From the NCBI GenBank assembly GCA_051294375.1, contig CM119266.1, positions 25,185,868 through 25,249,867 of the forward strand: a stretch of DNA of 64,000 bases. The letters are read 5' to 3'. Below the pieces are notes generated by a model. It had not been told where the DNA came from and searched no databases. It saw only the letters and a list, made by a program, of their open reading frames with translations. How positions within the stretch are numbered: position 1 is the first letter of the stretch; every line of letters starts with the position of its first letter. The stretch is from Paraspadella gotoi (Eukaryota > Animalia > Chaetognatha). This document shows positions 9,529-21,588 of the stretch, piece by piece. A program made the translations under genes and the position numbers.

Positions 9529-12500
9529 CTAATTTCGGAAACGACCGTTGAAATTCGGGGCGCGAACTGCGCCAAAAAGATTGTGGATGGCCGTCGGGCG
9601 GAGTGGAGGCACGGCAGTGGAGGCGACCCCACGCAAATTGGGGGGAAAAGACGACATGGGAATCTGACCAACGCCGGTGGACGCCGATCCAAGCGTCATG
9701 GCCCCGGCGAAGTCACCGGAAATGCCGCCAATCTGAAAATGTTTAGCATTGTAATATCGTTAGGCCTATCACCAAAAAAAATCCGCGTTTTTGTTTCCTT
9801 GAAATTTTGTTTCCCTTTCTCATAAGCCCGTCTTCCTCCAATTCGGAGGTTAAGACTAAATTCGCTTTCTTCGCGATAAAACATCTCGAGTGAGCACAAA
9901 TGGAAACTAGGATGAGTTTGGCGCCGCACAAATGCGGATCGAAGAGTAAGGTAATAAAAAGCTCCCTTGGGGGCTGCAGGAAAATCGCAGTTCCATCTGC
10001 GTCTTTTATAACAAAGGAGGTGAGTGGGGAAGGAGGTGAGTGGAGGAGGTGAGTGGGGAGGAGGTGAGGCGCAGATGGAGACGGACACTCGGACAATACC
10101 AAATCGCGAACCGATGGAAAGAGGGAAATCCAAGCTTTTTAGTTAACCCTTGGTTTTATTTGAAATTCTCTCCCTACCGCCCTTCTTCCCTTACATTCTG
10201 GTGCTGAACCCCCGAAAGCGACGGAGGAGGCGGCAAATCCCCTAAAGTGACGCCCATTCCCGTCACCGCCGTCATCGCAGCTGCCTCTCGTAACATGCGC
10301 GCCAATTGAGGATTCGTCTCCGACGCCGAAACCGTCTGGTCGAAGGGGAGGGATGAGAGAAAGGGGGGGCGGGCGTTAGTAATGGTTTCGTATTCTCGGA
10401 ATGTAGAAATGCAATAAAAGAAAGTAGGGCAAACAAAGGATGAGAAAGACGGGGAAATCTGCTTAATGGAGAACCATCCAATACGTGTATAAAGAGTCGT
10501 ATGAGGAAAGTCGAAGTCGATATGACCGCGTTCAATTCCTCGTATTTTCTACATATTTTAATGTGAAATATTTTTTATAATAAAACAATATTTTCGTGCC
10601 AGTAACCTAAGATATCTAGTTCAAATCATCCGTGTAGAAATACCTGGTCTACTTTTTTGGAATCCATATTATACTGTAACATGTTCGTGAGTTCTGCGCA
10701 CAGGGCGTTGGAATAGGGATTTTCGTAATTAGAATTGGATGGGTATACGTTCTCAATCCCAGTGTATCCGCTAGAGTAAATGCTGTCGGCGTTGCGGTAT
10801 CCGGAGTAGGAATGGACAGAATCGTCAGTGTCTTCCATTTCTAGATTATCGTGATTGGCGTTGGAAAATGTAGACATACCTGAGCCGGCACGCGTCACAA
10901 ATATTTATAAGCTATTGCTTTCAACAAATTATAAAAGTCTTACCGGCCATAAGTTGGCCCAAAGTACCGGCGGCGAGGCCTCCGAAGGCGGAGCCGATAC
11001 CGAAACCCGAATGAGATTTGGAGTTCCTCATCAACGGTTTGTGATGGCGGAAGCTTTCAGTGGAATGCTGGAAGCTCCAACACGGTCTAAAAATTTGAGG
11101 AATTTAAAATAATATGTTCTCATGTTCGTATCACCGTAACGGTGAGGCTGCTTTCTTTCTTTCTACTCCAAAAACCTGCAATAATATTTGAAGCACTGCA
11201 AATCCCGGCAAAAGTATGGTCCAGGGCCTCCGGAGGTACAAAGGCAACAAGGGGAATCTTCTAGGTAAGGATCAACCTAAAAAAAGGGGTACTCTACGCA
11301 TGCGGCTAAAAATCTTAAAGCATAAAGATCGTTAAATCGCATAAAAAATATAAAAAATTGGACCCATGACAAACTTTGATACTCAAAAAATCAAATTTGA
11401 TAAAGGAAACTAAGTTTTATACATAACATACTTGCTTTAATATATATAAAAAAAAAGAATGAATAAAATAAAATTGGTACAACCAATAAAATGAAAAGAA
11501 TTCAATAAAATGAATGGAATTGAATTTTATTTAATTCAAATAAATGAAAAAATTAAGATAAATAAATAAATAAAAGTTTAAACTGAATTAATTATTAATT
11601 ATTAATCTCTACTCTTCGCGAAATATACCATTATTTCCCTCTATTTCTTCACGCCTTCACCCCTCAAGTTTTTGATCTAACTTTTTATGAAGAATTAGAA
11701 TCTTTAATAAAAAATTTTAAAAAGTTATTTTTAAAATTTATGATTTTATACGGATATTACTATAAATATAATGTAATTAATGATACTGTTCCCCAAACAA
11801 TATAAGCAAAATATTTTTTGTACTCCTTAATCATACCTCTAAATATCCTTGTTTGTTCACTCAATTAAAATTTATGTTTCCCAGTGCTCCACTCTACTGC
11901 TTATATTGAACGAATTCATAACAATTATTACCAATTTATAAAAGATTAAAAAGGAAAGGAAAAAGATAATAAAATGATAAAAAGCGCAACTGCTAAACAT
12001 TACGAGTTTGATGCTGACATAAAATTTGTTTAATGAATAATAAAGAAAGAGAGAAATGGAGTAAGAGAGAGAGAAAGAATCGATGCAGACTCGCAGAGCT
12101 AAAATTTTCACGGACCATGATGATGAGAATATATATTTAAATTTTCAGCTTCATACAAATACAAATAATATAAAAAAAGGCGATCTATAATTTGGATCGC
12201 AGTCAATGCCAACGACGACATTTATTGGGACCATCGATAAAATCGACCCAAGCGCAAGCGATTGTGACGAGAAAAACCTGAATTTTTTTAGTGAATTTGG
12301 CCGTTTTGACTTCGATAAATGCGGCGTTCACCGCCTTCATAAACGATTTGTGATTATTGAAGGTGACGCGTCCAGAGCCGATAGGATATTTGTGTTTGTC
12401 GGTATCAACGCCTATTAACAATATTTTGTAATTTGATCTTAAAATATAATCATTTCCTAAAAGATAAGTTTACCAGCGTAAACGACTCCACCGAAGAGGT

Positions 12501-15500
12501 CGTTAAAGATGGTGGCCAATGCCTCGGAATTGAGCATGCCGTGCAATGCGCCAACGAAGACCGTCTTTTGAGGATCAAGTCGCTGCGACGGACAGCGTAT
12601 AAAGTTTGAATCCGTCAAAACCCACGGGATCACCTTGTGAAAATTCAATATTTGCAATTTGTTTTCAGGAAAGAACTATCACAAAGAGCTAAAACTTTTT
12701 ACAGATTAGTATAAAAGAAAAATGGTTTATTTTATTTACTTTGATTCACATTTAATACCACACCGTCAAGCGAAGAACAGGTTTTCAGACCGGAAAACAT
12801 TTTTTTTTTGACTTACTCGACTTGAATAATGCAAGAAAAGAAAATAAAATACCTGAACTTCTTTGCATCGCATTCTTCGGGAAGACATCTTGTAATAATA
12901 TTCCCCGCCATTACTGTAATCGTGAGTGCACTGTTTGAGAAGTTCCTTGACGGACTTCTCGCAGTCGAAAAGAATGTAGACGTATCCCTTCGGTCCACCC
13001 AGTATATAAGAAATCGACAAAAAAAAATAATAAAAGCTACAATATAAAAGACTTTTTATCGCCATTTGACCGCGTTTAACTCACCTTCGGCGGATACTTA
13101 GGATGTTTTCCGTCTTTTCCAGGCCATTCGATTCTTAAATTTCCGTAACATTTGAAAGTGTTGAGCAAACCGATCTCCGTGATGTCCCAGGGAACTCCTC
13201 CAATGAACACTTTGCACGAATAAATCGGATTTCGGTATATCTTCGGCGGGAGGCTACCGCTCCAAGTGCAGGTGGCTTCGCAGATGGTTGCAGCGCTCCT
13301 GTAAAGCCTGGCCGCGCGTTCGATAGAGTAAGGATCATCAGGAGATGTTCCGAACAGTTCGTTCGGACTTTGCGGCCATTCTAGACCAGCGCTGAGTGAC
13401 GTTGCGTCTCCAGAGAAGGATGAACCTAGTCCCGAAGATGGAAAAGCGTAAGGACTTTGTGGAGACGCAGAATATTGGCGGTAACCGGGAGAAATGTGCC
13501 CGCCTAAAGGGCTAAGAGCAGAATGTGAGCCGTTCAAAGCTCGGCGCGCCACCGCATTGGTCGAAAAACCAGCCGGTAGAGCCGGAGATAATGCTGCCGC
13601 GGCGGCTGCAAATCCATCTGCGAAACCGGCGCCTGCTGGATTAAGCGTCAGCGGCGACGGCGGCATAATACGCTGCCGTAACAGAGACGTGAGTTGACTG
13701 GCGGTCGGTGGAGGATTTGGCGCATAAATGGGCGGCGGCGGCGGCAGCTGAGAATCGTGCAAGGGAATTTGCTTTAATAGGCGTTGGAATACGTCGTCCG
13801 CCTGCGTCGAAGCCGTATCTGTGGCAGACACGGCACTTGTTGAAACAGGACACGGCCCGGGTATTTTCTGCAATTGCTTCTCAACAAAATTACAGAGTTG
13901 CGACAAATCTCCCGAAGAATCGGAATGAACGCCGCTCGAAGCGAAACTTTCGCCGCTGCTCTCCAAGAGCGAAGAGTCGTTGCGAGAGCTGCTGACGGAG
14001 GCTCGCTTCGAGTATCCTGGATCGTGGGTTGTCACGTAAGCCTGACGCATTTGCTCCAAGGCGTTGGCGGATAATTCGTGGATTTTCTCTCGTTCTCTTT
14101 CTAGCAGATAAGCGGCGCGATCGCGTGCATTCTTGGGGCGGTCCTCATAATCCGTTACCGAGGGAGCAGCTTCTTCCAATGGTGACGGCGTCGAAACCGA
14201 AGAACTTCTTAAGGAATCTCCAAAATTAGACTGCTGGACATTAAGATTGACTTGCGAAGGCATCGAGGGAACCGGACGAAAGGGCGCAGAAAAGGGAGCT
14301 GGAGTGCCGGGACGAGAATGAGGGTCCGACTTACCGCAGGATTGAGGTTTAAACTCCATAGCGTTGGGACGAAACCTCGAAACGCTCGGCTGACTCGACT
14401 CATTCTCGACTTCGAATATCGCCGAAAGACTCATGCACGGTTCCTGAGCGTCTTTCTTCTCGGCGATGCAGCTAATATAAGAGCGGGGAAGAAAAAGGGT
14501 TAGATAATGGATTTCTAATTGCAGTAAATAAAAAAAATTAAGGGTTAGACTTGATTAATTCTAAATTGAAGGTAAATTTTTCATTTCATTTTTCATGATC
14601 ACCTTGAATAGGGCGTCGAAAAAAACGTCGGTGGTTCGACGATCTGTTTCGAGTCAAATCCGGCCGACTTGGGAGTTCCCAAGGAGCCACTAGCAGGCGC
14701 GACGAGCTGTTCCGCGCCAAAGGATGGCGTCGACGAAAGCGAGATCGGCGTCGGCGGAAGAGACCCGGCCGAAGGGAAACCATCTAGAGGGGAGTCATCG
14801 GCGAAAAATTTTGGACGGAAAGCATCTTCGTTTTCGGAGCCAAAAGAGGCGCCGAGCTTTTGACTCAGAGCCAGTTTGTTGAGGCCATCCACCAAAGAAG
14901 ATCCTGAACGGACACAATAACGGAAGAGATCGAAAAATTGAATGATTTTTTATTCAGGATTATGAGTGAGAATGTGTAAGAATGGTGGATCTACGTCGAA
15001 ATACGAAGGCAAAGATAAAGGAGAATTAGGTCAAATTAATTATAAAAATATACCTTCAGTTTCAGTGTTGGCAGGTACTTCAAAGTTGGCGGGTGGATTT
15101 TCAACGAAACAACTCGGAATCTGTGAATTTTCCGTGTTAGCTGCGAGGTTTGAAACTGAGACCTTTTGTTGCTGTTGCTGCTCTTGATGACGCATTAATT
15201 GAGCAGCGAGGGCGGAAGTATCTGGACCCTCGTCCGACTCCAGGTCACAGACAATGTCCTCACCAAATGGAGTCTGTACGGGATCGAATCTAACCAAACA
15301 ACGAAATGCCGCAATGGTGGATCAAAAACCAAGTCATTCATAAATACAATCATTTCATATTACGATGCAATTAACAGTAATAGGAATACGTTAAGACGAT
15401 TGCATCTCTTCGGTTAATTATGACAGTCAACTACTAAATTTACCGGAAAATTTCGGCGCGATTCTGATTGAATTTGTCTTTTTCTGCGGCGACCGATTCC

Positions 15501-15957
15501 GAGTATGATCGAACGGGAGAAGTTGGCGTCGGCGGGGCGTTCGGAATTGAAATAAGGACATTATTGAGGTGATTTAGTAAATCCTACAATCATAAGTATA
15601 AAATATTTATATAAAATTCTAAACAATTGAAATTGAATATTTTTTTTCTACCTGACTCGCGGCCGTGGGTGACCTGGCGTGAAACTCGAGGTTTCGTCCG
15701 CCGCACTGAGACGGGTCCGGCCCAAAGGAAGGCGACGGCACGGTCAATCGATTGTCAGCCTCGACGCTCGACGAGGACATCGAGGGTGACTGGGTCGGTG
15801 TGTCCACTCCGTAGCGAACTGATTAATGAAAAAAAGTTTGAACCGTGTCTCATAAAAACTAAATGACACTGAACCTAAATTTACCGACGGTAGGGGGCAC
15901 GACGGGCTGGCTTTCCAGCAGCAAACCATCCACCATGTTGGAAATGCTTTCTTCCAT
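9529..15957 (-). CDS. CPEB1: Cytoplasmic polyadenylation element-binding protein, CPEB1/Orb subfamily, ~1138 aa. Exons: 15957-15885, 15818-15652, 15583-15444, 15289-15054, 14903-14603, 14471-13085, 12987-12853, 12633-12474, 12411-12278, 11276-11176, 11086-10944, 10879-10644, 9732-9529
   Basis: Contains [23 protein letters not shown]1 ([37 protein letters not shown]), RRM2 ([34 protein letters not shown]) and the ZZ finger ([38 protein letters not shown]). Thirteen GT-AG exons total 3417 nt in one open frame. The terminal exons are less certain than the core. Confidence 0.95.
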
Positions 15958-17688
15958 TGTGTCGCGTGAAATATCGCTTTATAATTATTGGTTACAAAAA
16001 CCAATTCAGTATAAAAATGGAAGCTCGCTTGTATTGCTAAAAAAAACTAATAAAAGAAGAAACGCGAACGGCGGGTATCAGATAATCTTCGAAAAAAAAG
16101 ATTTATCTCAAAAAACAGAATTTTTTTCTCGAAAAGGAAAAAATATGGCGAAGAAGAGAGAAGTAGAGGAAATGCAATTGGGGATCGAAATGAAGGGAGG
16201 ATCTGTGTGAACTCTCAACAGTCAACACCCAATACAGAAGTCAAAAGTCTCAAAACTCAAACTAATCCTATTTTCGTCTCGGCAGAAAACGGAGTCTCCT
16301 CTATCTCTGTTGCGCTTTCCTCTCTTGTACCCCTTTATAATTATAAAGTTTTTTTTAATTTTAATATATATACGAAAAGGGTTTTCTCGTGGGTTTCAAA
16401 TTTGCTGCTCGCCATTTTATAGTAGTCCTTTTTCTCTTAGGAAATCGATAGAAGCAATATAACAAATATTTAATTGTAAATTGTTTATTTTCGAATGTAA
16501 ATAGCTTTTTTGAGTTCGATGCGAGACAAGTTTCTTTTTGAAATATTCTGTTCTCAGCCTTGTTCTGTGGATTGTCAGGATTAAAAAGCCTCGCAACACA
16601 TGAGCCGAATTGGTTCCGACTGACGTAATAAATTTTAACGTAGTACTTGGGTTTAAAGAGGGAGAGAAAGAGAGCTAGCGATAACAGTAGCAAAAACAAT
16701 TATTGAGATCAGGTTCAAAGCAAGAATTAAATGTACTCGGGTACTTCATCCGGGATATACAGTTGTACAATGTACACTTTTAAGTATTGTCCCAATTACG
16801 TAAAAACTAAGCTCAAACTAAGCACAGAGGAGTCTTTTAGAAAACGACCGTTTCATGCTCAAAGTGGTCTTGGAGTCATATATACAAGAATATAACGTAC
16901 TGCGATAGGAACTGCAGACACAACCGCTTCCGACGGTCCATTTATTCACAGAAACTGTAAAACGGTGTTATGCATCGTGACATGCAAATATAAACGTTGT
17001 TACCCAAATCGCCCCGAATAAGATTTCTTGAACTCGAAAAGTAATTTCAGCGGAAACTATGGTGCCCTCACTCGGGGCCCGAGGCATCCCCTTCCAAGTT
17101 TCCCTAATTCATCCTTAACTCACCCATTACTCCGCACTTTCTTTTTTTCCCCTCTCCCGGTTTTCCTTCATTATAAATTCTATCCTTGATAAAATGGTGA
17201 AGGATATTAATCGATGCGGATCTGTCAGATGTTGTAATTTGTTATTCTCTCTACTCTAGTTCGAGTTTCGAGTTTGAGAATTGTTTGGAAATTGGTACGT
17301 ATACAAATGATTTAATGAGATAATATAATATAATATACGTATATATGTAATATGTCAATAATCTTTTTTGTTTCGGATTGTCTTTGTCTCTTTTTGAAAT
17401 TGGTTGACATTGGTTTACATTGGTTAACATACATGTGTCATTGAATTGCCAATAAATTGTCGCCATTTAATTAATCATGTTTGACCGACGCCAGAATAGA
17501 AGGTTAGTAAATATAAAATAAGAAATCGGTATATAAATGAAGACGTAGATGCATAGCATAACATACAGATACACAACATTAGCAGCTTCTGATTTTTTAA
17601 AAATATCCTATTGTATTTTAAAACTACGATACACGACACGATATCCATTGGCCTCAAACCAACTAACTTGTATGCAAGAGCGACGTAC

Positions 17689-17740
17689 CTTCCATCATCC
17701 CGGTAACCATCACTTTGTCGTCGACGTCGTCGTCAGCCAT
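17689..17740 (-). CDS. Candidate alternative first coding exon of CPEB1 (MADDDVDDKVMVTGMME)
   Basis: GCAATGG start context; 52 nt ending in AAG|GTACGT. Phase 1, compatible with the phase-1 acceptor at 15818. Confidence 0.45.
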
Positions 17741-18458
17741 TGCTCCTTGTTACGCCAACCGCGTCGTGACGAGGCGGAAGGATCCAAGCTGTTTTTCGGC
17801 CACCTTACCGACGGGGAAGCCCCGTAATGCCTTTTTAATGGCCCCCGCGCGATGATGTAATACGTTGTGGGCCTGTGGCACCGAAATTTCTTGGCGAGAG
17901 GCGTTGGAACCCGACCAGCCGGGAGTGGAATGGAGAATAGGCCGCGCGTAGAATTCGTTGTTAAATTTACAAAGGCAGTTTACAAAAACAGAAAGCGTTA
18001 AATGAGAATTACTGTACCTTATATGCAATTGTCGAATTGTACATCAATGTTTTGAGTTTGCAGCGGTGGGATTTTAATATCTTTTTAACTTTATCCTACT
18101 TTTAACCTCAACCACCCCATTTCCTCCCCCTCATCCCCTTTCTCTCGCTCCATGTATCTCCCCCTCCTTTTCTCTCCCCTCCTCGCGAAGCAATCACAAA
18201 CGAGCTCACGCCGCTCCGCAGGTGCCTTCGTCTCGCAGGATCGAAGCAGGCCCACTTTTTTTTTCTCTCCGGGGCTGATTTTGATTAGCTTAGTTATTCG
18301 TCGTCCCCGTGCAATTTGCACACCTCCCTACCATACGCCCCCTTCCTACCTCCCCCTCTCCCGGCGGCAACGCGCTTCTTGTTCATTTCCGGCTCGGCGA
18401 TTCTTCTCCACGCGTCTCTCTACTGTTCTTCCAATTTCGTAACTCGGGGGGTCAATGC

Positions 18459-18464
<6 letters not shown>

Positions 18465-18543
<79 letters not shown>
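18465..18543. repeat. (CT)n microsatellite
   Basis: About 39 CT units, read directly. Confidence 0.97.
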
Positions 18544-18546
<3 letters not shown>

Positions 18547-19659
18547 TCGTTCTTATCTCTCTTTCCCTTAACCTCTCCACGGTTTCCTAATCACCCCGTG
18601 AAAGAAAATATAAATAACCCATTTTAAAATACGTTACAAATTTTTGTAAACCTACCTCCCTATTTCTTTTTCTCCTCGGCTCTTAACTTGGTCACCTTTT
18701 ATTTTCTTTCCCTCTCGTCTTTTCTCTCCACACGTTAAGGTATTATCATATTACTTTCTTTTTCCTTTCTCCCCTCCTTTCTCATTCTTTCTCCTCCCTT
18801 TTCTTCCTCCTTGTTTCTCTCTCGCCTCAGGGTCCTTTTTATATATATATATATTGACTTCGGGGGGAAAAACGGAAAAAAAGGATATTAAGTTACATCC
18901 GGACTTTTCGATTCACGTCAATCGAGTTTCATCCGGGATTTGATGGAATTCCCTGCTCTCCCCCGAGAGGGCGTGGAGGTGAGTTGAGAGAATCGACCTT
19001 CCACGCGTTCGAGGAATAAGAGACTCGCTACTTAGCGTCGCGAATCACGACCGCGTGACGTCGTCCTTTTTTCTTAATATTAGGATGAAACGGTAAGAAT
19101 TAATTCAGATGATTGTTCGAAAATCAGACAAATAAACGTTCCCTTTAATTTTTAGAGTAAATGTATTTAATTCGAAATAAAAAGTCATTTTGTTTTGACG
19201 TCATAAAATTCAGCTTTGTTTATCGAACTTGGTTATTTTTATTTACCACTCAACCTTAGCAGTAAGCAATCCTTCCCCCCCTCACTTGCCTAAACTTTTC
19301 GTCCTCAACGATTCCAGGCAAAAAAAATTCGTGGAAATATTTTGGGGTTTTTTTTTATTTTTTTTTGTTTTGGTCGTCATCATCGTTGGTGTAGCCTTTA
19401 GTCGGCGGCAATTCGGACTCCCTGACCCCATCAACGCCTCCCGGGGTCGAAGCTTCTTGACCTTCGTATCCTTCTGATCGTTTTCTTTCCCTGATCCTCT
19501 TTTTCCTTCTTCTCCGATCTACTCGTTCCCCTTTTTCCCCCCATTCTCACCCCCGACGGTTTCCATCCTCAACGAACACTCGAATCCCCCAAGCTTTCGC
19601 CCCGACCTCATCAAGGATCATCGACGCTCTCCGCCTCCACGAAAAAAAAAAGTCGCCGT

Positions 19660-20050
19660 CGAGCTCTGCTTGTCGCCCTTCGTCTACTGCTTCCTTCCCG
19701 TCCTTAAGTATTGCTTCCCCCCACGTCCAATGCTTCCTTCCCGTCCTGAGTTTTGTTTTCCATTCCCACATCCATTGCTTGCTTCTGCTTTGAGCTTCGC
19801 TTGCCTTAATATCCATTGCTTCCTTTCCGTCACGAGCTTCGCTTATCCCCGTTTTTCCCTTCCTTCCCCTCCTTTGCTTCTTCTCCCGACATTCAATATC
19901 TTCCTTAGCATTCGCTACTTCCATCATGCCCATTGCTTCCTTCCCATCTTTTGCTTCCCTCCCACATCCAATGCTTTCATCCCACTCTTTGCTTTCCCCC
20001 ATGCCTCTTCCTTCCTGTCCATTTCTTCCCCCCTATCCCGCCCCCCTATT
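19660..20050. repeat. Degenerate pyrimidine-rich repeat (motif TGCTTCCTTCCCGTC)
   Basis: The motif recurs at ~19688, 19731, 19817 and 19934. Confidence 0.6.
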
Positions 20051-21588
20051 TTTTTTAAATAAAAGAAAAAAAAAACCTTGTTTTGTCACTTGAGCAGTGA
20101 GCACTTGTGCCATTCTGCTCCAGAATTACTTCAAAGATGAAACTTAATGGTTTCAATCCCATGCGTTTGCGATTGCTTTAAAGTTTAAAAGACACCCAGG
20201 TTAAGTCTTTTCAGAATTCACCGTTTATTGTGAATAAAATTTATAAAGAAGGATAAAATTGTTTTATATTGTGAGTTATTTTTAATAATATATTGTTTAG
20301 AATTTCACAATCGCAATTAATAAGACAAGAATCAGAGCAGGAAATGTATGTTCCTCTTTAAAAAATATTTCAATTTCATTGATAAAGTAATAAAAAAAAT
20401 AAAAAACCAAGCGAGGGCTTAATTCTCCACGTTGTGTCAAACCTCCCTTTATTCTCGCGCTTAATGAATCCCTATCTCCTACCAATTTTCACGTCGATTC
20501 CATTGAACTGTCATCTCGTGGCCCCCGTCACTTCCTCCTCCCCCAACCCGCCCTCCGTGAGTCCCCGGACGATTCGAGACGCGCGCCATCTTCTCGGGGT
20601 CGCGTTGATGGTCTTCCATTCTCCGCCACTCGGGTTTTCTTCGCTTCCACTCGCTCCCTCTATAGTCTTTGGTCTTGAACTAACGAGAGTTAGATTCGAT
20701 TTTAAATGATTTTCACCTTCGGAATCTCCAACAACTGGAAGGAAAAACTCAGTCGCGGACGAGTTCGTTGCTTATTTTTTTTTTTTTTTTTTTCTGTTCC
20801 AAGATAAAGATTGGTTAGTGTGCGAACTCATTTCGGACATTTTCAATTTTTAGTAGTTTTCTCTCGCTAACCAAAAAAGCATGTACGTAAAGGCAAATGG
20901 GAGATTTCTAGGCTTAGGAACTACGGGTTATTAACTTACACGATTGTCTATAGAATCAACGATATAAACGATAACCCACTGTCAGGTCCTGCGTGTTCAG
21001 TATCCACGCACGCGAAAATTCTTTTTTTTTGGTGAAAAAAAAAACCGAAGCTTTTAATTTGCGGTGGTTGTTACAAATTTTTTGGGCGTGTATACTCTTT
21101 TTAATTACAATTATATGGTAGAATATGCTATGCAATTATTTATAATATTTCAATTAATCATTTTTCTTTAATTCTTCCTGCGTTTTTAAAAGTTACAAAA
21201 TGGCTAAAGGTTTAAAAAAATTAATTGCAAGTATATATATAATATATATATCTTTTATTCTTGCAAAATATTTAATTTTTCTTATTTGATTATTGCTTTT
21301 GATTATATCTAGATAATCAGATGAAATTTTTATTTTTTAAAGCGCTATTGAATAACTATATTATTAGTAAAATTAATGAAAAATTACATATTGTAAAAAC
21401 GACCTCGACGACCTAGATGAAATGGGGAACCAAGGCGACTGCCTTCTCGGCGCTGTTCTGCCCGGCAATGTAGCGNNNNNNNNNNNNNNNNNNNNNNNNN
21501 AGTGAGTTTTGAAGAGAATGACAGAGAGAAACACTGAAAGAAAAAGAGATATTAAAAGAGAGAAGAGTCGCAGGAAACGAGGAAAGTT

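Noticed and set aside
9529-17740. CPEB3-like HDV ribozyme in the CPEB introns
   Set aside because: No nested double-pseudoknot pattern found by eye, and the gene is CPEB1/Orb rather than CPEB2-4 subfamily. A covariance-model search would be needed to exclude it.
19547-20062. 151-aa ORF with KDGKEA repeats
   Set aside because: Translation of a degenerate purine/pyrimidine repeat; no supporting gene structure.
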